Source: Octopus bimaculoides
Lineage: Eukaryota
Assembly (NCBI RefSeq): GCF_001194135.2
Contig: NC_068983.1
Span: 150,908,351 to 150,944,668 of the forward strand
DNA length: 36,318 nt
Direction of reading: 5' to 3'
Of this stretch, positions 1-12,605 are shown piece by piece. The notes beneath the pieces were generated by a model. That model was not told where the DNA came from. It did not search any database and saw only the letters and a program-made list of their open reading frames with translations. The position numbers and the translations under genes were made by a program. Position 1 is the stretch's first letter, and every line of letters starts with the position of its first letter.

Positions 1-54
<54 letters not shown>

Positions 55-1464
55 GCGTGTGTGCGTAGTGTGAGGGGATATGTTTATTCATGCATTTACT
101 TATATTCTAAAGTCAGTTCCTATTTCTACCTTCCAGTTTATTATTACAGGTAAACAAATACAGAAATAACAATTTGATGTCTTTTGCTTTCGTTTTTGTT
201 CGCGTGTTTTGTAAATTGTTGTTTATATTTGTTATTTATTTTTATTGCGCAGTTCACATTTATAGAGAAACAAAATGCATTGTAAATATATTAAAAATAA
301 CACATTTGTAGTATTTTTCTAAGAAACGAAACACGATACAAACGCGGTAAATGATGCGTTTTAAGAAGCGCATATATAATATGTTTATAAACATAATCTA
401 AGACACTTTTATATAAACATATGAAAAAAATGCCGTGTCATAAAACTTATTTACCAATTTCTCGCTTATAATACATGAAGAACTAAAGAAACAGAAACGC
501 TATTATAAACCACCCCTGTTCATGCATATATAAATGTTTCATAAACATACCGAGTAGGAGTTAAGAACAGTGTTATGTAGTATACTACTGAAATACAGTG
601 TCATGTAATACATGGTTAAATATGTCACAATTATACGAAATGTGATGCGATGTCATAACAAATGCTGTGAGATGGGGAAAGTGGAAGAGCTGAACAGATA
701 TAACACAAAAAGTCAATGGTCTCTAGTTCAATTTTCACTGCAGAGTTTCAATGTATATTTGGGCCATAAAGCTATTTCTATAATGTATAAATTCCCCTGT
801 CTACTGTTAATTGAATTACAGAATAATATTTGTAGAAGTTTAGTAAATTCATTTCACATCCACGGTAAATATTTGTCCGTCTTAAGGCCGGATTCTGTTT
901 TAGTTCACATATTTGTTGTTAGAAATATGATTTTTTAGGATTAATAAATGTATACTTGGTGTTCCATGATATTTTCGTAATGAATATTGTGGACCATCTT
1001 CTGTAAAAAGTTGTGTGCCACTTGTCTGGAAACTTGCTTCTCTATTTCATGCGGAATATCGGTAGCTCATTATCGAATGCGAATCCTTTAAGAAAAAACT
1101 TCGAAAGAAAACAAAATAACTTATCTTCTTCCCGCTCTCATTTTTAATGGTACATAGGTGCATGTACTGCTAGTTCCTACGATAAGTATATATTTTTTCT
1201 GACTAGATGCAAAGATATTATTTTCAGGTAATAAAAAAGAGATGTTGGAAATTGAAGCTTTCCTAAAGTGGAACAGAATTATGAAACTCTTTACAGTATC
1301 GGCTGGTTATAGCTTATATTTTGCGTCACGAGGCCCAACAGTAAGCCTGGAAATATTAAGGCTTTTGTTTTAAATATGTACTCAGGCCAGCAGCCGACCA
1401 AAATCCTGTCATGAATTCGGCCGAAGGAGAGGAAAGTATCGAGGCTAAGTATTGAGCATTCTCT

Positions 1465-1975
1465 TACCATTACCAGCAGTTGCAAGCTAGAAGTAGAACA
1501 CGAGTAGAACACATATCTCGGTGTATCATTACTGATAACCTCTCTCTAGTCTGAGATCAAGAGACATTGAAAGAGCAATCTCAACACTAGCCAAACGGAC
1601 ACGAAGACTATAGAACACTAAGCTAACAGTGTACACAAAAGTTGCATTCAACAGAGCTTGTACCTCCAACACTGCTTTGTGGTAGTGAGATCTAGAAGAT
1701 TTAGTCCAGACTAGAGCAGCATACTTTCAATTTGCTTTGCCATCGAGCGGACTGACCGAGCCATCAACAATGAGGTCCTAACCCACCCTACATGATCCTA
1801 CATTAACAAAGCTGATTGTGCTGGTAGGACCACAGACATCGCATGCCATAACGGAGGATCCAAAAGTAATTGCTGTATGGAGAACTTGCTTCTGGTAAGA
1901 GAACGTAATGGTAACTCCGTCATCTTTTCAGTGATGTTTGCGAGAAAGTAATGAAGTCTCTACACGAATGTCTTA
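1465..1975 (+). mobile_element. Decayed RTE-clade LINE, 3' part of ORF2 (post-RT region), with stops and frameshifts
   Basis: Manual translation across frameshifts gives TYLGV.., NTKLTVY, PPTLLCGSEI*, NNEVL and CW*DHRHRMP*RRIQK*LLYGELASGKR. These match RTE ORF2 motifs (YLGS..TKL.VY..TLLYGSETW..NEVL..RW.GH..RM....PKQLLYGEL..GKR). Confidence 0.8.
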
Positions 1976-3654
1976 AGGGAGTAGGATATTGTGATTGGAG
2001 AACTCTCCCACAGTTGACTGGAACTGTGCATGTTTTGTTGATTAAAAGTAAAATCGACGGAAAACTACTAAAAAATTAGTTGGCTGACAAACTGCGCTGT
2101 GCCTCAAATGCAGCCACTATAGCCGGTGCTGCCACTCATTTGGTGAGTGACAGTATCGGATACTATGACAGCAGGCACTGCGCTGCCAACAAGACCGAAA
2201 CAAGACTTCTCACTCATTCACTCACTCTCTGTCCTCACCGTTCGATCGATTCTCGTACTTACATCGACAGCAATTTTTAAACTGCAACGACATTTTCTGT
2301 ATCTTTCCTACTCTTAGATACATGAAAAGTTCGAAACTTTAGATTCTTCATTCCTCAAGGTAATTCATTTTATCGAAATCTTCTACAGACTTTCTTATTA
2401 TAAGGAAATGCGCTTCGTCGTAGAAATATCTTCTTCGGACTTGAAATAACGATTCAAAGAGTCATCTAATTTTTGCCATAATGAAGATAAATGCATCGAC
2501 ATTTATCATATGTTGAAAACTGAAAAAAAAAAAACAACTTCACTATTGTAATACTTACAAATTTTTATACTTTAAGGTTCACATGAAGCGCCGTATGCGT
2601 CAGGTATACAAGGGAAAATCATCGTAGAGAAAAATTTAAAAGGGAAGCATATTTAATCCAGGAGAATATATAGAGTAAAACATAAAAATAAAACAAACAA
2701 ACAACACAAGACGATGATATGATAACAGTCATATGTAACTGTTACATCTTTGAAGAATATAAATCAACCTTGGATATTCTATAATGGCTGCCTATATTTT
2801 CAATTGATTTATATATATATATATATAAATTCAGCTTCAACGCTTCTGAAAAAGAACAAACTTTGTTTACTTTCATCGTAAAGTTGAATTTAACGTTAGC
2901 GTTTTATGAAGCTAAATTTATATGTTCTAAAATTGCAGAGGAATTCGTTGCTGGGCAGTTTAGTTTAATGGTAAAACACTTGACGCGTAATCACAAGAGA
3001 TGTGAGTTCGAGTCTCATGGCTTGGCCAGTAACGTATTTTTCTGCAATAAATTGATAACCTATCCTGATCACGCTATTTATAGCATTATCACGTGTTTGC
3101 GAAATAAATTTATTTCTGTATATTACATGTATATATATTGGTATATACTCAAAAGTTTTCATAAAATTCTATCCCTTTGTTAAAATATTCTTCTGAATAG
3201 CCCTAAACTTTAACATTGTTTAAAAAATTTAACTAGAGTACTGCATGATTAGATATCCCCTGTTTCATTATCAATGGTCTGCTAGTGGTTGACCTTAGTT
3301 GTCAGCTAACATCTTGTTTTAAGTTTTCCTTTACCAAACCTCATGATATTGCTTCTAATAAATATTGATTTTTATGACTATACCAACTATGATTTCTGTC
3401 TGCTCTCTCAGCCCTAACCCTAACAGATTCTGCCCTTTATTCTCTCAGCCTTAAATATACAAAGATTTGATAAACTAGTCTATAAATTAAAACTGACCCC
3501 ATAAAAACAAATAAAACCAGTGACAAGCAGAGTCTTCTAGATAATTTAGTAACTTCTATGCTGAAGTAGAGACGACATATTATTTGTCTATCTCCTTAAC
3601 TTCTTGGTGATTTTAGGTATAATTATACTAATGTGTCCATCTGTTCTAATTCAA

Positions 3655-3760
3655 TTAAATTCTTTGTGCAGCTGAGGACTGCTCTGCATTTTAAATTGGT
3701 GTAATGATTGCATTGTTTAATTAAATGGAGTTGCATGAAACGATCGTACTGGATTACCTG
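3655..3760 (+). ncRNA. Degenerate minimal type I hammerhead ribozyme motif (Penelope-like element or retrozyme associated)
   Basis: CTGAGGA at 3672-3678 and GAAAC-GATC-GT-A at 3737-3748. Stem I is CAG/CTG. The stem II closing pair is a C-T mismatch. Flanks resemble the 19.5-kb copy (AAATTC.TTT.TGCAGCTGAGGA...AAATGGAG). Confidence 0.55.
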
Positions 3761-4494
3761 NNNNNNNNNNNNNNNNNNNNNNNNNNNNNNNNNNNNNNNN
3801 NNNNNNNNNNNNNNNNNNNNNNNNNNNNNNNNNNNNNNNNNNNNNNNNNNNNNNNNNNNNNNNNNNNNNNNNNNNNNNNNNNNNNNNNNNNNNNNNNNNN
3901 NNNNNNNNNNNNNNNNNNNNNNNNNNNNNNNNNNNNNNNNNNNNNNNNNNNNNNNNNNNNNNNNNNNNNNNNNNNNNNNNNNNNNNNNNNNNNNNNNNNN
4001 NNNNNNNNNNNNNNNNNNNNNNNNNNNNNNNNNNNNNNNNNNNNNNNNNNNNNNNNNNNNNNNNNNNNNNNNNNNNNNNNNNNNNNNNNNNNNNNNNNNN
4101 NNNNNNNNNNNNNNNNNNNNNNNNNNNNNNNNNNNNNNNNNNNNNNNNNNNNNNNNNNNNNNNNNNNNNNNNNNNNNNNNNNNNNNNNNNNNNNNNNNNN
4201 NNNNNNNNNNNNNNNNNNNNNNNNNNNNNNNNNNNNNNNNNNNNNNNNNNNNNNNNNNNNNNNNNNNNNNNNNNNNNNNNNNNNNNNNNNNNNNNNNNNN
4301 NNNNNNNNNNNNTATATATATATATATGTATATATATATTCTTAGCTGTACATTTCATATATTCATGTATTATGCATCAATTTTTATCATTTTTCAGAAT
4401 AGGAAAACAACTTTGTTCCTTTGTTCGGAAGATAAGGCTATAGGTTGCTGATTAAAGTTAGAAGTTCCAAGGAAACATCCAGCATAATCCATAC

Positions 4495-4730
4495 CTATAC
4501 ACACACACGCGTACACTTACACACACGCACACACGTACACACGCACATATAAAATGCATCCACCAAGTGAAAAACAAAATTAAGTATAAATGAAAACACG
4601 ATACCAGCAAAAATTTGAACACACATACACACACATACACAAACATACACACACACACTCACACACATACGCATACACAAACACGCACACATACGCACGC
4701 ACGCACACACACACACACACACACACATGC
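4495..4730. repeat. Compound (CA)n/(CATA)n microsatellite
   Basis: Direct reading; explains the overlapping VCVC ORFs. Confidence 0.9.
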
Positions 4731-4849
4731 ATTCCTATATAATTAAAATATAGCCAGAATATAAACAACCAAAACATATTTATATATAATTTCGATGATT
4801 TAATAATGAAAAAGAATAGTAGTTATAATGAGGACAATAATAAACCTAT

Positions 4850-4964
4850 CTACTATAGGCATAAGTCTTTAATACTGGGGGAAGTGGAAGTCGATTACAC
4901 CAACCCGAGTACACAACTGGGTGTCATTTTGTCAATCACGAAAGCACGAAAGGCAAAGTCCACC
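4850..4964 (-). mobile_element. SINE family A, 3' fragment
   Basis: Degenerate reverse complement of the GACTTTGCCTTTCATCC...GTCGAT...TCGACT body seen in other copies in this window. Confidence 0.55.
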
Positions 4965-5159
4965 ATATTGGTGAAACGTACGTAGAAACTAATAATATAA
5001 ACTTGTGTTTATCGTAAATTCTTCTGCATTTGTTCAGTACATCATAACTATCATTACTACTAAGATTAGTTGTTGCTTAACCACTACACTAGAAGCAGAC
5101 TGGACTATGATAATCTAAGTTGTAGCAGTCATACATCTATTTGTACACATAAAATGCAC

Positions 5160-5220
5160 TATCCATGCATCCATCCATGCATCTATCCATCCATCCAGCC
5201 ATCCATCCATCCATCATCTT

Positions 5221-5303
<83 letters not shown>

Positions 5304-5305
5304 GT
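5160..5305. repeat. Compound (TCCA)n(TCTG)n(TCTA)n microsatellite
   Basis: Direct reading. Confidence 0.9.
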
Positions 5306-5633
5306 CACTTACTGTTATAGTTTCTGCAATGACAATATTGACCAAGGTTACCGTGGTCTTTTCCGTAGGCTTTTCTTTCCACAGCTAAACCTAAACTGTC
5401 CTCCTCTCTTTTTACACGAGAACATTACTGTGATACACGATCCCTATTGATCGCTTTTTTTTCTCTCTCGGTCCCTTTTGATCGAACTCCCCCCTTTTTT
5501 CCTTCCTACGATCCCTTTTGATCGACACCCACCCCTACTTTTTTTTTCTCTTCCTTCCCCTTCCTAAAAAGAAAAGCTCTACATTGTATTCGTTCCATCT
5601 TTGTTGAGCCCTGTGTGGCTAATAAAAGAAATG

Positions 5634-5634
<1 letters not shown>
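5306..5634 (+). mobile_element. Probable 3' end of an unclassified non-LTR retroelement between (TCTA)n tracts
   Basis: Three GATCCC(T/A)TT(T)GATCG-like units, a pyrimidine-rich stretch, and a terminal GAGCCCTGTGTGGCTAATAAAAGAAAT that runs into (ATCT)n. Confidence 0.35.
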
Positions 5635-5700
<66 letters not shown>

Positions 5701-5760
5701 AAGTGCATGTGTGTGTATGTGTATGTGTGTGTTTGTGTATGTGTGTGTGTGTGTGTATCA
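5635..5760. repeat. (ATCT)n followed by (TG)n microsatellite
   Basis: Direct reading. Confidence 0.9.
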
Positions 5761-5954
5761 GTGTATTCACGGCTCCTGTACAGTTGACTCACTCTATACG
5801 TCCACATACACCGCGTAATACTACGAAACCTATGGTATGTATAGTTATCTTGCTTATATACATAAGATCTTTATTGATTACTATAATTACTGGAATTGTT
5901 CTTACTATCATCCTCCACGTATCGAATATCTCACTTATTCCCATGACTACTCCC

Positions 5955-5955
5955 T

Positions 5956-5987
<32 letters not shown>

Positions 5988-6140
5988 CCATCTTCACTCC
6001 ACCGCCACCGGATTCACCATGCAATCATCATCATCATCATCATCGTCATCATCATCATCATCATCATCATCGTTGTCGTCGTTGCCGCCGCCGCCGCCAC
6101 CGCCGACGGCGACGACGATGATGACTACGACGATGACGTC
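5955..6140. repeat. Compound trinucleotide field (TAC)n/(CAT)n/(CGC)n/(GAC)n
   Basis: Direct reading; explains the poly-Y/H/R/T/D ORFs. Confidence 0.9.
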
Positions 6141-6489
6141 ATCAACATTTATGCGGAAAAAGATGTCGGTTTCAATCAAAGAGCAAATAAATTAATAAAG
6201 GATGAAAAAGAAAGAAAAGAAAAAGAAAGGAAAGAAACAGAAAGTTTGGCATGAAAATAGAATATCATAAAACTAAAATATCACAAAATAGATTGAAAAA
6301 AAAACATGAAAAAGTAACAAATATGGAAGAGGGATGTGTAGGCGGGCTACAGGCAAGTATTAGCCATATAATATCTAATAATAATTTAGACTGGAAGCTA
6401 TAAAAATCTGCTGATTCGTCCCTTGATGGTAGTTGTTTACGAGTTGTGTTTGTTTCTTTTTTTCTGTTGGGTTGTACGTGTTAGTGTGA

Positions 6490-6685
6490 ATGCAGCATGG
6501 CTGAATGACTAAGATGTTTGTTTAGCACTCATAAGGTCCGGGGTTCGATCAAATACAAATAGACCGAACACCAGCGACGACATCTTGGTCGAGTGTCTTT
6601 TGCCATTGAGTGGGAGTCAACCGAAGCTTTGTTAGCGTAATTACTAAGACGGAAACTGTGAGGAAGCTCGTTGGATGTGTTGTAC
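6490..6685 (+). mobile_element. Degenerate SINE family C, 5' half
   Basis: tRNA-like head with GGTTCGATC, then CATCTTGGTCGAGTGTCTTTTGCC...GACGGAAACTG..GAAGCTCGT. Resembles the reverse complement of 17860-18020. Confidence 0.5.
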
Positions 6686-7139
6686 TTGTAATTTATATGA
6701 TACATCCTTGAGAAGGATATAGCATTCAATTTAAGGATTGACATGTATGTGGAGTATTCAGCCACTTAGATGCTAGTTCAATAAGCACGAGAGTCAGTTG
6801 ATTATACATCCGAGTTCCTCATTGTCGAAACTGGCGCAGATCCATTTTTTAAAATATATATGCGTTGGCTTCTCCGTGTCAATATATGTGTATAAGTATC
6901 GTATATGAGTACATGTATGTTGTTTATCACTCAGTATATGTATGCTGTGTACTTTATATATATATGTGTATGTGTGTGTATGTCAAGCTTGCGGTAAATC
7001 GCCAGTGTTTAGAGAGTAGTAGACAAAATATCCAGAAGTGTTTGATTGCGTCACTTTACATTGTGAGTTCACATCTTGACGAGGTTAACATTCTTTTTGC
7101 GGAAAGACGGACAAGTGTTTAACGATATTTCGATCGTTT

Positions 7140-7252
7140 TTACGTTCTTAGTTCAAAACAAGTACCAGCTGAGCACTGGGGTCGATGTAATCGACTGTCA
7201 CCTACCTTCGAAATTGCTGGCTTTGTTGCCAATATTTGAAACCGTTGTTATT
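7140..7252 (+). mobile_element. SINE family A, 3' half
   Basis: AAGTACCAGCTGAGCACTGGGGTCGATGTAATCGACT...GAAATTGCTGGCTTTGTTGCCAATATTTGAAACC matches other copies. Confidence 0.7.
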
Positions 7253-7254
7253 GT

Positions 7255-7555
7255 GAAGGCGCGTGGCCTAATGGTTAGGGTGTCACATTCACGATTGCTA
7301 TATCAAGGGATCGATTCCTGAACCGGGCGGTGCGTTGTGTTCGTAAGCAAAACACTTCATTTCACGTTGCTCTGCAATCATTTCGACATGTGACGCGTGG
7401 CACACTTGTGTATCTCTAGAGGAAATGTAAGTTTGATGGAGAGAGTGATCTAACGCGTAGCACAAATCTTTGATCCCTATAAACAAATCATTTGTGCAGG
7501 TCGTTCAACAACAACTGAACATTCATACGCCTTCGATGAGAGATTCCATCACCAA
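7255..7555 (+). mobile_element. tRNA-derived SINE family B variant
   Basis: Head GGCGCGTGGCCTAATGGTTAGGG (A box) and ATCGATTCC (B box), then the central TTGTGTTCGTAAGCAAAACACTTCATTTCACGTTGCTC domain shared with the 12.8-kb copy. Confidence 0.65.
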
Positions 7556-7565
7556 TATCATTATT

Positions 7566-7745
7566 AGGCGACGAGCTGGTAGAATCGTTAGCACGCCGGA
7601 CAAAATGCTTAGCGGCATTTTGTCCGTCTTTACGTTCTGAGTTCAAAATTTTCCGAGGTCGACTTCACCTTTTATTCTTTCAGGGTCGACTGTTCCCCCC
7701 ACGACCTCAAAAATTCAAGCCTTGGGCCTATATTTGAGAAAATTA
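7566..7745 (+). mobile_element. SINE family A copy
   Basis: GGCGACGAGCTGGTAGAATCGTTAGCACGCCGG...TTCTGAGTTCAAA...GAGGTCGACTT. Confidence 0.85.
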
Positions 7746-8199
7746 TTATTTTCATTCTTCTTCTGGTTCTGTGAGCATGTACTTCGCTTCAGCTCGTAAA
7801 ACCTTAGATGTTTTTGTTGGAAGTGCGTTGTTTTGTGCAATTATTTTGATAATTTTGTTATATAATAAACCCTACTTCCCTGTATGAAGAGGGGGAAGGA
7901 AAGTAAAAGGGCCCTAAAAGGCAACTATCTTATAAAAAATCTTAAGGCTTAAAGTAATGGCGAAATCAAAAATGCAACCACTAACCTGTATGAAACGGGA
8001 GGAGAAATGATTCCGCTGACTAAGGCACTGAATGGCAACGATTTATTTTTACCTCAATAACCAGCTTTATCACAATCGATAGCAGAGGCAAAAATGAAGG
8101 GTCACATGTGCTGCCCCTTCCTCCTTGACTAAAAGGTGCAAGAAACGATAAACAAACATAGCGATCACAATAAAATAGCAAGAAAAATTGATTTAATGA

Positions 8200-8385
8200 T
8201 TGATAGAAATAACTATGGCGGTGGTGGCAGTAATAGCGACAATGATAGTGTTGGTTTTGGTGAAATTCATGACGGAGTGATGGTGATGATAAAGATGATG
8301 GTAATGGTGGTAATGGTAGTGGTGGTGAATTTGTAATGGTGATAAGGATGATGCAGATTGTGTCAATGATGATGTTTGTAACAAG
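8200..8385. repeat. Degenerate (GAT/GGT)n trinucleotide field
   Basis: Direct reading. Confidence 0.75.
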
Positions 8386-8395
8386 GAAGCTGGTG

Positions 8396-8596
8396 AAAAT
8401 AATCCTTTCTATTAGAGAATCAAGGCCTGAAACTTCGGAGGAGGAGATTAGTCGATTACATCAACCACTGGGTTCGATTAATACTTATTTTATCGACCCC
8501 AAAAGGATGAAATGTAAAGTCTACCCCGGCGGAATTTGAACTCAGAACATAAAGACAGACGAAATACCGCCGAGCATTTCACCCAGCGTACTAACA
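8396..8596 (-). mobile_element. SINE family A copy
   Basis: Reverse complement of the family A body (GGCGGAATTTGAACTCAGAAC...AAATACCGC..AGCATTTC). Confidence 0.85.
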
Positions 8597-8830
8597 ATGC
8601 ACAGTAACTTCTTGAAATGAACATTATGTAATAAATTTTAATTATAGACATTTTTTTTTAAACACTGTATCTTGATTGGTTTGTGTGAGGTTGCCGAAAA
8701 CTTTTGCATGGCCATTTTTGGTGGTCATCTCGCATCTTCCCCTCTCATTCAGAACCCCTGCTACAAAATATAATGTCTCCAACAGGGACAATGTTTCATC
8801 TGTAAAAGATGCAATGCCTAAACATCAAAT

Positions 8831-9052
8831 AAAATAATCCTTTCTATTAGGGAATCAAGGCCTGAAACTTCGGAGGAGGAGATTAGTCGATTACATCAAC
8901 CACTGGATTCAATTAATACTTATTTTATCGACCCCAAAAGGATGAAATGTAAAGTCTACCTTGGCTGAATTTAAACTCAGAACATAAAGCCGGAAGAGAT
9001 ATCTCGAAGCGTTTTATTCGGCGTGCTAACGAATCTGTCAGCTCGCCGCCTT
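8831..9052 (-). mobile_element. SINE family A copy, near full length
   Basis: Ends on + in GGCGTGCTAACGAATCTGTCAGCTCGCCGCC, the reverse-complemented head. Confidence 0.85.
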
Positions 9053-9059
9053 TATGACG

Positions 9060-9908
9060 ATAGGGATAATAATGTTGGTAAGATGGCAATAATGATATAA
9101 AGAGGATGGTGGTTAAGATTTTGGTTGAGTCAATGATTGTGAAAACTGAGATGGTGAAGTTTGTGATGCTAATGTTGAAGATAGGGCTCGCGAAGTGATG
9201 ATGACTATACAATGATGATGATGATGATGATGACAGCGGCAAAAATGGTAATAAGAGTGCTGCTGGTTGCCAGGATGGCATCGCTGGTCGTAGAAATTGT
9301 GATGAAGAAAATGATGATGATGATATCTAAGACCAAAACGACGCTGACGACGACAAGGATGACGGTGGTGATGAAGTGATGGTGGTGATGGTGGTCGTGA
9401 TAGAAGTAATGGTGATGATGATGACGACAATGATGATGACTATGATGATGACGACGACGACGACGATGATGATGATAGAAAAGGTTAACTAAATTAAGCA
9501 CGTGACACATTACTTTAAAGGCCTCAGCATTTGGTTCATACTTTTACCAACCAACATGGTAAACATCGGCGGGACTTACGAGATTCGTTATGTTACCGCT
9601 TTGGAATATAATTCAAGGCAAATACAAGCAATATTATCAGTAAACAATACAAGTCTTGTTTTGATCTCGCATTAAAACGGGACCATGCTGTACTTAACAA
9701 GTTGGGGAAATACTCTCGAGAGATGAAATAAGGAATTAGAATAACAAGCGTTCGAAACAAGAAAAAGGACATAACAAAATGTTAAGGCATTTTGTATGAT
9801 GTTCTACCAATTCTGACATCCATTTTGTAATAAGTTCTGCCAGCCGTCACTTGTGAGCAAAGACGTCCTTGTAACACGTTCCATCCCTTCATCATCATCA
9901 TCAGAGAA

Positions 9909-9945
<37 letters not shown>

Positions 9946-10808
9946 CGATGATGGTGGTGATGAATATAATAATGGTGGTGGTGATGGGGGACGATGATGG
10001 AAGTGATGATGGCGATGATGATGATGACTAAGAGGAGGGAAGACATGTGATGCTGGGTGGTGAGAAATATGATTATGGTATTAGGGGTGGCGGTGAGGAT
10101 AATAATGTCGATGATAGTGATGATGATGATGGTGATAATAAGCGATGATGACGATGATGAACAACGATGACGAAGATGAAGAAGAGGATAATGAATGAAT
10201 GTTGGCGATGATGTATAGCGATAGCAATGATGACGAAAATGATAATGTATGACAATAATGNNNNNNNNNNNNNNNNNNNNNNNNNNNNNNNNNNNNNNNN
10301 NNNNNNNNNNNNNNNNNNNNNNNNNNNNNNNNNNNNNNNNNNNNNNNNNNNNNNNNNNNNNNNNNNNNNNNNNNNNNNNNNNNNNNNNNNNNNNNNNNNN
10401 NNNNNNNNNNNNNNNNNNNNNNNNNNNNNNNNNNNNNNNNNNNNNNNNNNNNNNNNNNNNNNNNNNNNNNNNNNNNNNNNNNNNNNNNNNNNNNNNNNNN
10501 NNNNNNNNNNNNNNNNNNNNNNNNNNNNNNNNNNNNNNNNNNNNNNNNNNNNNNNNNNNNNNNNNNNNNNNNNNNNNNNNNNNNNNNNNNNNNNNNNNNN
10601 NNNNNNNNNNNNNNNNNNNNNNNNNNNNNNNNNNNNNNNNNNNNNNNNNNNNNNNNNNNNNNNNNNNNNNNNNNNNNNNNNNNNNNNNNNNNNNNNNNNN
10701 NNNNNNNNNNNNNNNNNNNNNNNNNNNNNNNNNNNNNNNNNNNNNNNNNNNNNNNNNNNNNNNNNNNNNNNNNNNNNNNNNNNNNNNNNNNNNNGATGTT
10801 GTTGTTGT

Positions 10809-10859
<51 letters not shown>

Positions 10860-11115
10860 CGACGACGACGATGATGATGATGGTGATGAGGATGATGATG
10901 ATGTAGATCATGATAATGATGAGGAGGAAGAAGGTGATGATGATGGTGATGAGGATAATGATGACGATGATGATAGTAATGAAGGTAGTGTTGATGATGT
11001 TGTTGTTGTTGTTGTCGTTGATGATGATGATGATGATGATGATGACGATGCCGGTATTGGTATGGCAATGACGCTGATGACGACAAAGACGATGGTGATG
11101 GTGTCGATAAAGATG
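9060..11115. repeat. Extended degenerate (GAT)n/(GAC)n/(GGT)n fields interrupted by unique sequence (9.5-9.9 kb) and an N gap (10261-10794)
   Basis: Direct reading; explains the poly-D, poly-H and poly-I ORFs. Confidence 0.85.
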
Positions 11116-11424
11116 ACGTTATCAATTATTAATAGCTAAAAATCTAAACCGAGTGAAACAATAAAATACGAAAAAAAAAAAATAAAAATAAAGACAGAAA
11201 ACCAGCGACGACAAGTTTAATGGCTGGCATTTTGTACACGTCTTCGTGTTGTTGGCAGAGAATTAGATCCAATGTCGCCACTAAATTAGCGGAATGATTA
11301 AAAGACAGTTTCAACTTCTCTCCCTGTCACCCTACCAAACACGTACACATAACGCGGGCGCACAGAAACATACTCGTGCGCGTACACATAATACATGCAT
11401 ATATTTGTGTGCATTTGTGTGTAT

Positions 11425-11426
11425 AT

Positions 11427-11493
<67 letters not shown>

Positions 11494-12332
11494 NNNNNNN
11501 NNNNNNNNNNNNNNNNNNNNNNNNNNNNNNNNNNNNNNNNNNNNNNNNNNNNNNNNNNNNNNNNNNNNNNNNNNNNNNNNNNNNNNNNNNNNNNNNNNNN
11601 NNNNNNNNNNNNNNNNNNNNNNNNNNNNNNNNNNNNNNNNNNNNNNNNNNNNNNNNNNNNNNNNNNNNNNNNNNNNNNNNNNNNNNNNNNNNNNNNNNNN
11701 NNNNNNNNNNNNNNNNNNNNNNNNNNNNNNNNNNNNNNNNNNNNNNNNNNNNNNNNNNNNNNNNNNNNNNNNNNNNNNNNNNNNNNNNNNNNNNNNNNNN
11801 NNNNNNNNNNNNNNNNNNNNNNNNNNNNNNNNNNNNNNNNNNNNNNNNNNNNNNNNNNNNNNNNNNNNNNNNNNNNNNNNNNNNNNNNNNNNNNNNNNNN
11901 NNNNNNNNNNNNNNNNNNNNNNNNNNNNNNNNNNNNNNNNNNNNNNNNNNNNNNNNNNNNNNNNNNNNNNNNNNNNNNNNNNNNNNNNNNNNNNNNNNNN
12001 NNNNNNNNNNNNNNNNNNNNNNNNNNNNNNNNNNNNNNNNNNNNNNNNNNNNNNNNNNNNNNNNNNNNNNNNNNNNNNNNNNNNNNNNNNNNNNNNNNNN
12101 NNNNNNNNNNNNNNNNNNNNNNNNNNNNNNNNNNNNNNNNNNNNNNNNNNNNNNNNNNNNNNNNNNNNNNNNNNNNNNNNNNNNNNNNNNNNNNNNNNNN
12201 NNNNNNNNNNNNNNNNNNNNNNNNNNNNNNNNNNNNNNNNNNNNNNNNNNNNNNNNNNNNNNNNNNNNNNNNNNNNNNNNNNNNNNNNNNNNNNNNNNNN
12301 NNNNNNNNNNNNNNNNNNATTCAGTTATTTGT

Positions 12333-12367
<35 letters not shown>

Positions 12368-12370
12368 TTC
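11425..12370. repeat. (CA)n(TA)n, assembly gap 11494-12318, then (ATTT)n
   Basis: Direct reading. Confidence 0.9.
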
Positions 12371-12514
12371 GAACCATTCATTTATGTTTTGAAATCGTAA
12401 AAGACAATTTTATGGAATCATATTCCCGAATATTTATATGACAACTCGTAAAAGAATGATGAGTGAGGAAAAGTTGCAGTGAGTCGAGTTGTGGTGAACG
12501 GTTCACGAGAAATG

Positions 12515-12605
12515 TAGTCGTCGTCGTCGTCGTCGTCGTAGTAGTAGTAGTATTAATAGTAGAAGTATTTGAGGTAGCAGTAGTTGTAGTAGTAACAGTA
12601 GTAAA
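12515..12605. repeat. (GTC)n/(GTA)n microsatellite
   Basis: Direct reading. Confidence 0.85.

Noticed and set aside
612-1120. 108-aa ORF and a faint Penelope RT-like phrase (IFTVDVK) on the minus strand
   Set aside because: No further motifs could be aligned convincingly by eye; needs TBLASTN.
2300-2520. Possible mariner C-terminal remnant (minus, YFKSEEDI)
   Set aside because: Single weak motif.
4398-4490. Strong TTTTCAG acceptor on + and a YAGCF (WSC-like) phrase on the minus strand
   Set aside because: Frames close quickly and lack matching donors.
10073-12441. Long ORFs of 200-370 aa (also at 3.7-4.4 kb, 19.9-20.7 kb, 24.9-25.7 kb)
   Set aside because: They consist of N gaps and microsatellite translations.
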